Assembly: GCF_964204645.1 (NCBI RefSeq)
Contig: NC_134028.1
Span: forward strand, 1,612,001 to 1,676,000
Direction: 5' to 3'
Length of the DNA: 64,000 nt
DNA from: Tubulanus polymorphus
Lineage: Eukaryota > Animalia > Nemertea
Shown here piece after piece: positions 1 through 15,053 of the stretch (positions are counted from its first letter, which is position 1; every line of letters starts with the position of its first letter). The notes beneath the pieces were generated by a model. The model saw nothing but the letters and a program-made list of their open reading frames with translations, ran no database searches and was not told the origin of the DNA. A program made the translations under genes and the position numbers.

Positions 1-3000
1 TAAATAATCGGCTCAATTCTAACTTTCGCCAGATGTCATATATGTTTCATTTTTGCTTGACAAGCGACGTTTCTTACTGTCCAGCATATGGACATCGGAA
101 AAGATGGAAAACGAGATAGGACTGAATTTTAAAAAAAACGGCTGAATTTTCACCGAATTAATTCCATTCACGTGTATTATTGCCCTGAAGTAGAGAAGGA
201 TTAACTAGAGACGTTGTCGCGCGTGCGACCCGAGAGACCGGGCGGGCATGAGACAGAAATACGACGACATCAAACAAAAAATCAGTCGAAATTCATAACT
301 ATTAGCATTGAAAGCGATTACAACACCAGCAAATCATGGTTAGTGACCTGAATGTGGCCTTTAATTTCTGAGTTACATACACGCACACTAGCACGCGCTG
401 AGCCTCGGGCTGTGCACAAAATAGACAATCGCTAAACTACCGAACAGCTGATTGTTGGGGGTATTTTTTTTAAATCTGCGATCCAAATTAATAACAGTTT
501 GTCAAACGCGACAAATTGTTGTGACAATGGACTCTCGACGAGGTATTAGTGTTGCTTATCAGGCTGTAAACAAGCCCTCCAGTATCATTACTTCCGCTTG
601 TAACTAGATATACCCGGGGTAGGCTAGTAGTTTTGGACACCCGACAGAAGAAGAAAGCAGTAAAAACCCATTCATATCATGAATCCATTTTTTTTCTCTA
701 ATATAAGAGAATTGCGCGTGTTTTGCCTGATTTCCAGGTAAGTGGTCGTCCTGTTTAACTGACACCGTGTTCTACGACACAAGTCTTTTCTAATCAGTGT
801 TAATGTGACGTTCAAAATAGTTTCTCAATCGCGCGAATGTTTTAACTAATCTTCACCCGATGCTCGAAATTAGAAACGCAATTAATATCGAAACGTACGC
901 AGATGTTGAATATGATTTTTCGCCTCATTCTGATCTTCGGAAACTTTTCGCCCGTTGTTTTAAGTCGCAAACAAAAACGCTTTCATCATTAAAATATTAA
1001 TCACAATAATTGATGGGCGCGGGACGAGTCGAGACCGCACGGGTTACTGGCGATGATGATATCAGCTGCGACTGAAAGACACTGATGAAATTAATGAGGT
1101 ACATCTTGTCCCGAGATCAAAGATCATCGAATCCAAGACAGAAAGGGAGACATGAGCTAATCGCGGGATATCACAAGCAGTAGTTGTTTGAACGACGCTG
1201 AAGTGGCAGCGATCGGAAACAAAATAAGCACTCGCGACGCTTTGAACTCATAAATCTTCAAAGCGCAAACTGTCATCAAGTCGGATGAAAAATTTATGCC
1301 CGACCTGTATTAATATCTTAAAGCAAAAAACATTCGTATCGTCATCCGGTGAAAACGAGAAGGGCGCAGGTGCGTAGTCGGTTCGGGCCGAGATGCCATC
1401 ACAAAAGCGAGTCTAACGTATGACATCGGCGACGGACGAAATCATTTCATCGTCGTCGTCCTCGTCGCCGTCCTCGTCACCCTCGCGATGTTCAATAGAA
1501 CAAAGTTTTCTTGCTTCGACGCGAAGACAAAAAAACAACAGAAAGTGTAAACAGATCAAACAAGTAAAATAAGCCGCGAGCTGTCGTCAAACAAAACGAC
1601 ACGATCTTCAAAGGTGTCCGTCAGGCGTCAGTTACGTCCGATATCTGTATGTCGAATTATAATTTCCCGACCCTCGAGGGGGGCAGGGAATCTTCGTTCG
1701 GTAATTTGGTATATCAGTTTTTAGAGGGTGACGCGATCAGTGCCTAGCAGTATCTATTCTCTTTCATGTTTACTACTGATCCGGCGCTTTCTGATTTGAA
1801 ACTGAAATTCGAGTTAATTTCTATTGTCATTTCTGAAGTTCGGTATAAATCGAAATTCTATAACTGGCAGCTAGACGGATACACGACTAGGATAGACATT
1901 CGATCATTATCAACGATATTAATTCTAAACAAAATCGAATCAAACATTTTGAAAAATATATGTAACAAATCATAATCAAAATGTGGTGGTAAGTTATTCA
2001 CGTGAGTTTACGGAATGTTTGACTTCACAGTGAATCAAGCATTCACACAGCAAAATTATACATTTTAAATTTATATAAAAAATTCTCTGTATATAAATGG
2101 AAACATTCCTTCGGTCCATCAGAGTCCTGCGTCTAACTGGACCAGTGATAAATGTGTACATAGATTTTGTCCGTTCTAAATTGGTCCATTCCAGGTACGA
2201 ACCAAATAAGAGCGGATCTATTAGTGATTTTTCAATTTACCAAACTCTAAAGAATGAGGTGTTTAACTCAGTTCTATACTTGATCGGTTCAGTTGGACAC
2301 AACAAATTTCATTAAAAATCATTTCATTCAAATATTCAGCTGGGGCTGGTGAGGAGAGATGAGGAGGCGCTGTGAACGGTAATAACAGCAATGAACGACG
2401 AGGACGGCAGATTTTTTATTAAGCCTATTTGCAATCATCATTGTGTATAGAGAACGGATACATGCAGTAATAGTGTTCTTCTTACATCAATTATCAGTCA
2501 GGCAGGCAAATTATTTTCTTTGATCGTCTTTCATGTTTTGATAAACCATAATTTTGAATTAAACTTTTCCCTTTCATGTCGTTGTAAGTCGTGTCATGGC
2601 GGATCGGTGATAATTACTACAAAAGGCACCGAAGGACCACGGATGACGGAAATTGATAATAACCCAGGAACGTGCGCGCGCGGGTAATGGTAATTTTTTT
2701 CAATCGTGCATATGTTCGAATAGTTGACATACGCGTCACGGCGCGTCTCGGCGCTGCTAGGGCTTGACGATTTTTCGATACTCGTAAATGCAGTTATCCA
2801 TTAATGAAGACAGTTTAGAGCCCGAAGCCTCGGTGACAAATGTACTTTTCAAACATTCGAATTATCAAATATTAACCGACAGACGAACAACGAAATATGA
2901 TTTAGATTTTCAGCAGAAATTTACTCTCAAGTTTTAGATAACTTAGCCGGGAAGCCCCTCCCACAGATTCATCCTGAAAACCAATCCAAGGGCAGCCTGA

Positions 3001-3319
3001 CTGCAATAGTTGCGACCGAGATATTCTAGTGACAATGTACAATCTTTGAACTTCCTCGCAATCGACCAGAATACCCTACATACCCCCCCCCCCTCCCCGC
3101 CCTTATATATTTCCGTCAAGCTTCAACACAAATATCGGAGATGTCCATGAATCTAGAATAAAACTGAGCAAACAAAATATGAAAATGACAAATAAAAAAC
3201 ACTTTTGAGCTGCTTACAAAACATACGTGTTAACTACAACAAAATGCAAAAAAAGAAAAATCAAACGCTTTTAGAAATAAATTATTGAAATGAACAAATG
3301 AAAAGATTCATAGACTGAC

Positions 3320-3452
3320 CTGTTTTTGGATCTATGGGTACAGGAGGTATACCCATATGTGCTGGCGGAGGTGAAAATTGGTCATTATTATACATCATTA
3401 GATGGGCCAAACTGCCCGGGTGGGTGGGCTGCACCACAGACACCTTGTTCCC
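3320..3452 (-). CDS. Tcf: TCF coding exon 4 (context-regulatory/Groucho-binding region); gene continues beyond the left edge
   Basis: Acceptor TTTTTCAG|, donor CAG|GTCAGT. GNKVSVVQPTHPGSLAHLMMYNNDQFSPPPAHMGIPPVPIDPKT+G matches the conserved SNKVPVVQ...PPPAHMGIPP...DPKTG block of TCFs; phase 0 to 1. Confidence 0.94.
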
Positions 3453-3969
3453 CTGAAAAAAAACAAACAAACAAATTCATAACGAATGAAAATAACTACA
3501 TCGACGTGATACAGATAGACGCCGGTAAATACAATATTGTATCGACTGGCTGCGAAATATCAATTTGAAAGTTATTTCGCCCTTTATCAAATATATCTAT
3601 GAAATCGACACCGATATATTTTCTTCCTAATGTCGCATTTTATCCAATCTATTTCCGTAGCAAACTTTAGAAACACTAAAATAAATAAATTACCCATGGG
3701 CAAAGTGTGGTTTACCTTGAAAGCTAGAGGTTGTTTGGAGTAAGGGCATTGCTTGAAAAATCTTTTTAATTCGTGACTTCAAAGATCCACAGTTTATATT
3801 GTATTTTATCTTTCCTAAAGAATTATTTTGTAGTCAAATAAGACCAAAGATATACATTTGTTTGCGGTCCACGTCTAAAAGTTTGTAGGGTACAGGTAGG
3901 CACGGCAGGGAAACTATTTTATATTTTCAAAAAAATATGTTTAATATAATATGAAAAAATATTCAAATA

Positions 3970-4540
3970 AGGCCATCCCAAAATAATTGTCTGTTTGCTG
4001 CAACACCGACTCAACTTTTCAGGATGAGTCGGTAGGTAGGTAGAATTTTTTTTTTGCAAAATTTTTGGGCAAAAAAAAAAACAAATTTTTCACCTTTGGG
4101 CTTTTTTACATGGAAACAATATCGCAAAAAATCATCTACGTTGCGCACAGGAAATTTGTCTAATAGCGTAGATTTCAAGAATTATTCTAAAATTATAACT
4201 TCGTCCAGAGCGTCATCTCTGTCTTAAAAATGAAACGGTACATTGAATATGTGCGCGCTTTCACGTTACCAGCTATTCAGTCACTTTAGTCACTATTAGA
4301 ATGAATGGCAGCTTATTGGAACACTGCCAGTTTCCTGGAAACTTAAACTAGGCCACATGTCAAGGCATGTTTTCACACCATGCACACTAGAATTCAAACA
4401 TACGTAGCTCATAGTCGGTCGGCTGTTTTTATCAAAAATAAAATTTATTTCAATGAATCCTAGAAAAAAGTTTTCACTCGGTACCTCTGAAGTCAGGTTG
4501 GTCGGGTTACGGCAAACAGACCATTATTTTGGGATGGCCT
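3970..4540. mobile_element. MITE with ~40-bp TIRs
   Basis: AGGCCATCCCAAAATAATTGTCTGTTTGC... at left and ...GCAAACAGACCATTATTTTGGGATGGCCT at right. TSD is imperfect, so the superfamily is uncertain. Confidence 0.8.
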
Positions 4541-7500
4541 AGTATTCATCACATATCAGAGGGTGGCTGAATATTGGGTCTTGGAAACCTCTTCCAATGT
4601 TGGCCACGGAAGCTAAAATATCGGTGGTACAGAAGAAATCGGCTATTAGATCGTTTTAAGTCCTGGAATTTACCACTACAATATTCAGACCTCGACAGAC
4701 CTTTTAGTTTGCTGCTTAGTATTTTCAGGTCACAAGAAATTACAATTTATTACAAATTCTATCGAACAGAAAACACAGCGCTCATCTTCTGCTATGATTA
4801 TTCAGCCTATTTTCATATCAAACGTTCACGCGTTACAGCATCACCGTAGTGTACTGTACGAGCTTGTGTGTGTGTGTGTGTGTGTGGTGTAGCACTCCGC
4901 GTGCATGTGGAGGCCTCGTGTAAGTGAATATTCGCTTACACCTCAATGTCAATCAAAACAATCACCGGGTATTAAAATGAAACAATACCTATGGCAGATG
5001 AGTGAAATAATTACATCCTCACCAGCAATGAGCATTTGAAATCGGCACGTATACGGCACCTAGTCCAATGAAACGTACACCATTCTATGGCTTTCCCATA
5101 ATTTTAGTAGCGCCGGAATTCCCCGTATATCCAAAAAACAATCCCATTTGTTCGTAGAGACAACGCCCCCCCAATCGAGGTCATTGCAATTTTATACGCG
5201 AGAGCTAATAATTTTCCCGCCAAAATCAGTTTTTCGTAGAATTTTAACTCAGTTGACCATGTCATCGACGGAGGTTCGCCATGTCTTCAATCGCATCGAT
5301 TATACGTCTTTTAAGCCGAGAACCAATGAAACAAATGCTCACATAAAAAAACGTACCGCGATTTTACATGAATTGGCTCAATGCCAACATCATATCGCTG
5401 ACAAAGGTAAACCAAAAACACTGAAAGAGAAGATATATATATATGTATACAATATATATTGATCAGTGTTTGGCTATATATATATATATATATATATATA
5501 CCCCGTAAGGTATTGAATTGATAGGAAACTCAGCCATATTGGATATTTGATATTAAAACCCGATCACATTTCTGAAATGTTGGCCCGGCGTTTGTTATTC
5601 AGTGAAGGTTAAAGGAATGTCGGATGTAAGATCGTAGAATAACTATTGACATTTATCTGAATCAAAACTATTTCTTAATTACTTCCAACGGACGGATGGA
5701 CACGCGGCTGCGCGCGCCTCAGAGTGCATCCCGGAGTTTAAGAAACCGATTCAAAGAATGTGAATTTTCTACATGATCGACGTTGAGTGCGCGCAGTACA
5801 AGCAGACCAGTCTTTACCGACTAGCGTTGTGTGAAATCGGACATAAGATCACAGTCATCAAGACCGTGTCAAATATCCCGCTGGAACTTGTGAACTGCGT
5901 CTAAATGAGCAACTCGATACAAGCATGAACGCACACATTACCCCCCTACACGATCATCCAGAGTCGCGACGACGACGACGGAGACTACCGTGAATTTCAA
6001 CCGTCGTGTTTAAACGGAAAAAAATTCCTCATCCGGCCCTCGCGAGTACACACTGTATCAAGTGCCTCCTCGACGTCGCCGAGCGCAAACAACAACTCTA
6101 ACAATAACGACGATGACGATCGAAAAGGATATTGCGATCCGCGGAAAGGAAAAATAGTTTTCTACAGGTGCGTTGAGGCATGCGCGCCACAATTTTTATG
6201 ACATAGTCGGGGCGTTGTCATGACCAGAGGATGTTTGGTTTCAAAGTCTGATGTGGATTTTTAGCCCGTTTTCACAAAAGCTCGATTATTTCCGCATGGT
6301 TGACGACCGGCAAACATCACCAGTGATCCGTGCACTTAAACACACAACACACCGAAATCTAGCAGCCCCCGAACTATTACTACCATGTGTTTGATGCCTC
6401 GAACAAAGGAACCCTTCGTACCGGGCCCCACCATCGATCGGGTACCGAATTCCTGTTCGGCACATTCCTAAAACATTTTTCCGAACGTTAACGTATTAAA
6501 CAGGCGGACGAACGAGATACAGTAGGAGTAGATTACTGCTCGTTCGGTAGTGAAGTATCCGATGGTTTAATCTATCCAGACAAGCCGATGACTACAGGGC
6601 ATTCATTACCTCTCTCCGAGCAATTACGGCCAAATAGCTAAATTAAAAGCCCCTCCAAACTATAATTAATTTCTTTTTTGCCGGCGACGCCACTCGAGCA
6701 AGAGCGCCTGATATTATACGCAGCACCGGGCAAGCTGCTGAACAGGCCCCTGATCATAAGGTGTAATGAACTCCGGTCGTCCGGTGACGAAAATACAAAT
6801 TGCCAACAAAACGATGGCTTTTTATACTCGCCGAGACGTTCATGATGAAGCATGAATGAATTACAATAAGTAGGCCCGGCGATGAAAGGGGAACTGTTAC
6901 TTCCTCGCGGCTACGTTCGTCAATGAATCGCCATAATATTTATACACGGTTGAAATAGTTGAAAAATCTGTTGTGAAAAGGGATCGTTTTTTTTTTCTAC
7001 AATGAAATGTCTCGGATAAAGGGAGGCGAAAATACGACAAACCGAGTTCGGGTAATGTTTGGGTCGAGTCCTTTTCACGCAAACAAAAACATATCTTAGA
7101 CATAGACTATCAACTCGAGACAAGTTTCTATAAACTGCAATATAAAAAACATTACAATTTTTGTAGTATTCGAAGGAAATATTAGAAATCTTTAGATAGA
7201 TAATTATTCTCAAAGTATCAAACTAAAACTATATCTACAAGTCACGTCGAGGAAAGGCACTAAAAACAGCCTACACGCAGACCTTAAGATACCAAGGACA
7301 ATGTTAATTTAGATAATTAGGACGTATCTAAGTAGATATAGAAATCAAGCGATTGATATAATCTTTATGAACTACTATCGATCGTAGCTTACAACCTATA
7401 AAACATCACCGGATTCTTCAACTAAATGATATTCCGTTTAACGCCGTGAAGCCAAGTAGAATGGAAACAACTTGACATATTAACAACATAACCGCACGAT

Positions 7501-10500
7501 GAGAGCTCAATTCGCTACAATTTTCATGTCAACTTGTTTCCCGTTATAGCGCCGTTGATGAACAGTCAACTCATAACAATGATCACTGGAGTCATAAAAC
7601 TGAAACGATCAAACCACTGTAGAATAGAACTCAACTTCAAAACTCTCAGTCAAAAATTATCCATAAATAATCTAATGATAATCACTATTAGTTTACCATA
7701 CGCTGAGATTAATACATTTCCTTCAACTAAAATTGATCTAATATTTATTGTGCTCAATCGTGCATTTCATCGCATAGTTCTTTTATATCTTAGGAACAAA
7801 TTTGGACATATACAGTAAACTTGATACCATGTCATAATATAGATCAATCATAAGAACATGACAATGTCATCAACGTTCGTTTTTTTTTTTCAATTCAATT
7901 ATAGACACACGGGATGGTAAACATCCAGTTCCTGGAAATAAAGCCTCCTCAAGTTGGACTTTATAGCTATCAAGTAAAGAACAATAAACCCCACCAGAGT
8001 CCAGACAGAGAGGAGATTGTTTATTAGTTCCAAGGTCCTGAAGAATGGGAAAGTATTGAGACGATATTCAGTTTTCAGCAATGGAATTTATACAAACAAA
8101 AACTTAATAAGCAATAAGATAGCGACCTGAAGGGAATCTGATAAAAGAAACGAACTACGGCCTTACATCCAGACATCGCGAACTTATATTTGACAACCAG
8201 GTAATAATTCAGTATTTTCAGGGCAAAATCGTATTTCTATATGAGCGATGACTGATAGACTGTTTGAATAGCTCGCAGGAATAACTAACTGTCTACAGAC
8301 CGAGGCTCAACGATGTTATGTATAATTATAAGTGTAATTGTCGTGTAATGATGCTGAAGTCAGGAAGCGCCGGAGTTTGCCATTTTCCTTTATCAGTCGT
8401 CCGTACTTTCTCTCCAGTCGCGATATATCAAAGAGTCGAAATTATGTTGCCTTCTCACCTGAGGCTTCGAGTTCTACCACGGAAATGCCAAATAGCGATC
8501 ATTTACATGTAGCAATGAATTGCTATAATTTTCATGAAGAATCTATCTAATTTTTCTGCGATTTTGATCCGTGCTGCTGCAGTGAACGCGAAGAATATCT
8601 TATGATTGCAGGATTACATGCGGTTACACGCACAGCACCTGAAAACTGTGTATATAGGGTGTATATGATCTGTACAGTCAGTCTCAGTTGATACGAGTCA
8701 ATTGATCATGCGATATAGAATACTTCAAAGCAAAACATGTCCATCTTTAAAGAATTAAGAAAAGAAATAAATTTACGGCAATTTTGATGCCCGATGCACA
8801 CGAAAACATGTTTCTGTTTCCTGATTCTTTGTTTCCCCGCTGTTTTGGGCTTTGAATGAGGCAAATGACATTTGTTTTATCATAGACTCTAAAACGAAAG
8901 TCCTTGGTTCTATCGCGAAGAAAAGTTCAAAACTATCGATATGACCCTGTGTACGATTCATCGCATATACACTTCATCATAGATCATTGTTTAAATGTGT
9001 CAGTCACTCAGTCTATACGCATCAAGCCGTATCTTATAACATATATTTATCTGAATTATAAATTTTTTTCTAAAATGTGTAACAGCGAATAAAACATCGA
9101 AATTATAGTTAACGTAAGAAATATGGGCGTCAAAAGACAATTACATTCCGGGGGACTAAACTACGGAACTACGACTGAAAAAACTTTTAATAAAAGCAAA
9201 TGCGCTTAATGTCAGGAATCGGCTTTTTATACGTGCATGAAACCGATTTCGTCGTACATTAACAATATTGTTTTGAAGACACCCGAAGGCAAATGGCGAC
9301 TGCTTTAGAGAACAAATTGACGAGCGGCATAAATATTATTGAAAACTCAATCAATCATCAAAACAGTTTACAGATACTTCTAGAATTGGCAATTGATCAC
9401 GAAATATAATACTAAATAACTATCTTTATATCCATAAAAATACATATATATATAAAATACATTCATATGAAAAGTAACCATAGAGAAGATCTACAATTAC
9501 AAACGTATTTCAAATGAACTTTTGTTTTTCAAGTTATATCGAAGTCTCTAGTGTCTCGTAATATGAAACAGATTTCAAAAGCGATCGGTGATGTCTCTTA
9601 AAGCGATAGGCGAAGGCTTAGTCGTATAAATACGTCGAATTCCAAAAAATAAAAATTGCTCTAGTAGAAAAGATTCAAAGACAGTGAAAAATACTTTTTA
9701 GAAAATGGTAAAGTAAAATTTCAAGCGTAGTGACTGAATGAAATCTGGCAGAAGTCCTTGAGCTAAGTCAATTTTTGATTTATGATCAATTTCATAGATT
9801 GAGGAAGCAAACTTGGCCTCATATATTTGGGACAATGACCAACGTCCCCCTAATGCGGGCTACTATAAATGGAAACTAACCAATCTGATTTTTTTACGGA
9901 TTGTTTTCGCCGAGCACGCTGGATTCGTTCACGGTGCATTCACTGATTATACGAGATCGGATGAACATATCGCCGGCCCGGAAAAGTATTTTGAAAAAAA
10001 AAACCTTTTTCGACCACGTCGAAGTGATTACTGTGAAACTAAACGTAGCGTTACTCACACACGCAGAGATGAAAGTAAAAATGGTAAATTTGACATCGGG
10101 CGAGACAGTGCCCGTGGTAGTCGGCGTTATTGTCTACAACGTTGCCACAATTTCTTTCGCTAGTCAAATGTTCGGCAATCGGAACAATTACAGACATCAG
10201 CCAGTTGGAGCGCGATGGGAAATCTTACGAATCTGCCAACTGGAAGAGGGTTCCCTTTGATCAAGGCGGCCCCTCGTGTCACAGGAGCAGATATTGTGAT
10301 AACTCGTGCTGGACACGGCCGACATTCGAGCAATTACCGACCAATTGTTCCGCGTTTGTTAACAAGCTCCGAACTTCAAAAGAATCGTCGACTCTCGACG
10401 AGAAGTTCACGTTCGAAAAAAAATCGGGACGAAACTTCGTTTAAAAATTTTCGACGATTTCGGTAAATTCCAGTTTGAGAAACGTTCAGTTCAAAACTCA

Positions 10501-12846
10501 ATATTCACAGAATCTAGAAAATTAAAATTGAATTTTATTGATCAAGAATTAAAATCAAGATACACAACGTTTCAAACTCTCAATAGAGATCATCGTCCCG
10601 TATTTTGATAAATAAAATTCGATTTCAATCTTTTAAATTCTGTATTTAGTTTTAGTTTTGAACCTATTATCTGTGCTCCACGTCTCAGCGTCTCCAGGAT
10701 ATTCTACCATTATCCTAACATATCATAAAATCAAAACAAAAAACAATTCTTTCTCCTTCGTTTTTTATCACATAGAATAATTCATGGTTAGAAAGTTCGA
10801 TACAGAAATGTTTATTATGTCTTATAGCATCAAAAACTATAGATTTCTTTTAAGCTTTGATAATTATTTTTTCAAATCTCAGTAGTTCTCGGAGAAGTAT
10901 TTTGACCGGGATATGAATAGATGAAATGACTGCGTGTTCTGTAATAGATGTTTTACCAGTCGATTTCATCATTATAATTAGTCCCGTTGATCCGACATCA
11001 AAGACGTGGCCACATCTTCATAATTCCATACACTAATTAAAACTAAAATCTTCAGAGGCTTGCGCAGGAAATGAATAAAAAGGGCCATACGAACATCAGG
11101 GAAATCACTGCCGATGACCGAATGTTCCCGTATTTATTAAATCTGATTAGTTCCGCCTATGACAAACACAGACACACACAGCACACAAAAATACTTCAAC
11201 TCCTTACAGTAACTAGAATACCACCAAATCAGAATTGAATATCACTTTTTCTTTGAATGAATGTCCAGTTTATACAATTTTATGATCACAATTCTGTTCA
11301 ACTAGAACTACAGGCATCAAACAACCCTATTCAATTCTATGAACAATACTCTGGTGCTACCATTACTATACACTGTTCTGTATGACCATCATATTTTGTA
11401 GCACTATGATATTTGTATACTGTACTTTGTACAGGGTTTACAATTAATAAACAAATGAATGATTAGCGTATTCATATTCTATAGTTTTCCATCTAACTAG
11501 AATTGAGATTCGGTATTCAAGATGGCCGCTGTTTGACACGATCGATCGATAAAAACGAACCAGACCGAGACCTATAATGCGTAACCGATGTCCGAATTAT
11601 AGAATTTGAGAACCCTTACATACAGGGTCATCTCTCAAAACGAGATCTCGCTAATCAGCGAAGACGTCATTAAAATCGTCTTGCGTGTCTTTTATGCGCT
11701 TTAGTAATTAGGCCCATTGATTCGCGCCGACATCAAAAGCCATCAAAGAAATAAAGGTGTATACGAATAAAGGCGCCAATGTTTGATCGGATGAGAACTC
11801 TTTTGATGAAGGATCATGTTTGTTACGAGCAGTGGCGTTATTTTACATCGTCGTTTGATGGTATGTCTACTGTACGGTGGTGGCTGATCGGACTGCGCCT
11901 GTGACACACTGTTCCGTCGTCACCACCGACAACCAACGCTTTTTTTTCTTTCTTCTATCTTCGAATCTCAAAGGTAATTATACGACTGCACCGAGTAAGA
12001 ACAATGGACGAAACGGATAAGAAGAATAAACGAACTCGGTCCAAACCGACCGAAATGTGTTCTACAATCAGAATGTCAACAAATCATTTATGATATCTGT
12101 AGTCGTAGGTGTGTAGGTGTCTTCATCGGACATATTTCTATCATCCTCATTTTAATCGCAAAGTTGATATCAGTTTTTAACTTTTCATCTACACGCGTGC
12201 CTCGAGCATTTATGTTATTTACCGACCTGCTATTCCGAAATCGGAAAGTTTCCGAAAAAGTTTCGAAAAAAAAACCGAAACCACCTCAAGTGAAGACTCA
12301 AAAATCACAACCGCGAAGAAAATCAAAAACATCATCTCGAATTTCAGTCACTTTCATTCGATAACATAGCGCATAAATATCTAACAAACTTTCGATGACT
12401 GCCAGGTATTCTATCAATGCTGCGAGATAAATAAATACAAGTTCTAGAAAATCTAATGAACTATGCCATTTCAAAATGTAATATTCCGCCTAAAAAACCT
12501 CGCGGGCAAATTTCGCATCACAGCGCATTCTTACTTATATCATTCATAATTTCGTAAGCATCAAAAAGTCATCAGCAAATTTCAATGGAATTCGCCATAT
12601 ATATATATATATATATAAAGACGTCATCTGCGGACTGGCGAACCACCGGTCCACGAGCCCGCGATCGATAATATGCAAAGTGTTGCGATAATCGCATTAC
12701 GGAAAAACATCAAACCGCGGCGAAACAAGACATCGATTGAAAACACGAATTCCTAATTAAAACAAAAGATCTTAAGAGACTTTAGAAATAAATAGCAGCA
12801 GAGACGACGATGATGGAAAAATTTCAACATTATAAACATCAATACA

Positions 12847-12849
<3 letters not shown>

Positions 12850-12891
<42 letters not shown>
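12850..12891. repeat. (TA)n microsatellite
   Basis: ~21 AT units. Confidence 0.97.
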
Positions 12892-12899
<8 letters not shown>

Positions 12900-15017
12900 T
12901 TGAAAGTGCCTCACCCATATTACACGGACACTATCTACTAGAAAGTTCTACTCAAGCTTTGACGTCATTCGTATAAGGTGAAGTTTGTCTCGTGGAAAAA
13001 CGACAACAAATCTATGATCGTCAATTCGCGTAGGTTTTTTTTTTTCAAACATTGAGATTCTTTATGAAATCTATTTTGTGCGCCGAGTTAAGAATCGAAG
13101 AACCGAACCGGACCAGACGACCGAATCTTATTATTCCGCCGGACTTGGTTTTCGTGGCGAGTTAAGCCGAAGATGCCTCCCCCGGTGTGAGGCTAATGGG
13201 TACGAGAGATAGATAATGAATTCTTGACCAGTAGGACGCTAAACGTCGCTCTTTGATCCCGTTAAATTCAATGTTCAATGCAGCCTTCTTCGTGCGCTGT
13301 CGATTCTTGAGATACACAGATTCGAATTTCCTTTCAGAACACCGTCGTAAGACATAGCATGACACAGACTTCAAATTACGCCGTATTTCGAAAATTGAAA
13401 ACACCCTCGAGCGAGTGACGAGTGAGGTACAGTGAGCCGGTGTCACTCACACCTGAGTCCCACTCAACGTCACTAATATACGAGCATCAAATAACATACA
13501 ATTTCCATATGTAACTAACAAAATTTATTAAATCATAGACAAATAGAAAAATACTTCAACTAAAACAGCTCAGCCTTTGCCAATGGCATAAAAACAATAA
13601 AAACAAAAGTTAACTTTCTGCTTTTTGAAATAATGTTGATCATCAAACATTTAGACTACTGATAAACGTAACGTACCTGCACTGTGAAAATATACAACTT
13701 AGGCCCGACTAAAAACGGATATTCTAAAGTCATGGCTCGATTCGTGTATCCAAATTATACCCAGCTGTAAAACGAAGGGTCTCGAGATGCACGCGATATA
13801 TGTGCGCGTGAAAATATCTAAAAACGAAATGAAGCGTGGGATGTTTTGATATTCTCTGACCGAGGAGCGCTTGTATGAAATTGAAAAAAAAAAACCGACA
13901 ACCAATCTAACTGCGAACCGTTTTCAATATCGTCGGCCTAATATTCCATTGTCAGCCATTAGGCATGACAATATGTTTATGGAAGTTATTACAGATCGGG
14001 AGTCGGATTGAACGGCTAAATCAACTATTAGGGTGAAATATCTCGTGGCTAAAACATGTCTCATTAAACTATGCGTAGCTCATACGTTCACGGGTTAAAC
14101 AGCTACCTGGCCAAAGGGTAAACCGACATCAAAACTAAAGCACTATATCGCTACATGGCTATTTACTCGGCAATAAAGCTGGTGAAACCTTTCATTTCGT
14201 AAATCACGACTTGTCTTCCGTTTATGAATTAATGTTTATCGGCGCGGTGTCGAAGGCGCTTGTGAAATCATTTTCAAACGGAACAAGCTCAATATCGAAA
14301 ACAAATTCGCCGATAGGATATACGCATGGACAACTGGGACATACGCAGTGATCTCTCTCAATAGTCCACATATTCTACTGATAAATTCATTCTATAATTG
14401 AGTAAATCTTGGAGATGGAATTGTGATCATGGAGGTGGAGTGTGAGGCGGATAAAATTAATGAATTCATGAGAAAACTCATCCTCATATGACTGTGGAAC
14501 TGGCTGGACAGCACGGAGACGGACCAGGTCCAGAGCTATATTTGCTCAGCGTCTAATTAGAGAGTTCCTTCACTTTTAAACTAGAACACTATCAAAACCA
14601 TGCTGTGGCGAGCGAGGTGAGTCACTTCAAGAACCAGTTAGCATTCGTACAGAATAATTTGACCAGCACGAAAATCTGGCACGGGTATGGTCCAACATTT
14701 TTAGCAGGGCCAGATTTGGCCCATATCAAACAGTCACGGACACAGTGTGAACATACGTGTATAATTGCAGCTATTCAGAGAGTAATTTTTGACGACAGGA
14801 TTGGAATCTTCGAGCCCGGTAGATCATGTATCAGTCATCGACCTTCGGTAGAATAAAAGTCTTAAATGGAATAACAAATAGACGCGGCGCAAACAAATCA
14901 CCGGGTCATCGCTAATCTATTTAAATTTCTTGTTCAGGAAATACAATTATTTCTCTCGTTCTTTTGTAGTTTTAAATTCATTTAATCAACGATGGATAAG
15001 AAACGCACGACGCGTGC

Positions 15018-15018
<1 letters not shown>

Positions 15019-15051
<33 letters not shown>
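15019..15051. repeat. (CAG)11 microsatellite
   Basis: Direct read. Confidence 0.97.

Positions 15052-15053
<2 letters not shown>

Noticed and set aside
1459-1478. 20-mer TCCTCGTCGCCGTCCTCGTC shared with ~44289
   Set aside because: Low-complexity (TCG/TCC)n-derived sequence; convergence is likely.
1-3319. Search for the next TCF exon (GxPRP...) and the HMG box
   Set aside because: No convincing phase-1 exon found; presumed to lie outside the window.
3690-3750. Possible short alternative TCF first exon (ATG CCC TTA ... CAAG|GTAAAC, minus strand)
   Set aside because: Both nearby donors give phase 1 or 2, incompatible with phase-0 exon 4.
9813-10466. Four overlapping plus-strand ORFs of 83-119 aa
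   Set aside because: No recognisable domain or convincing splice structure; most lack an ATG start and are explained by locally higher GC.
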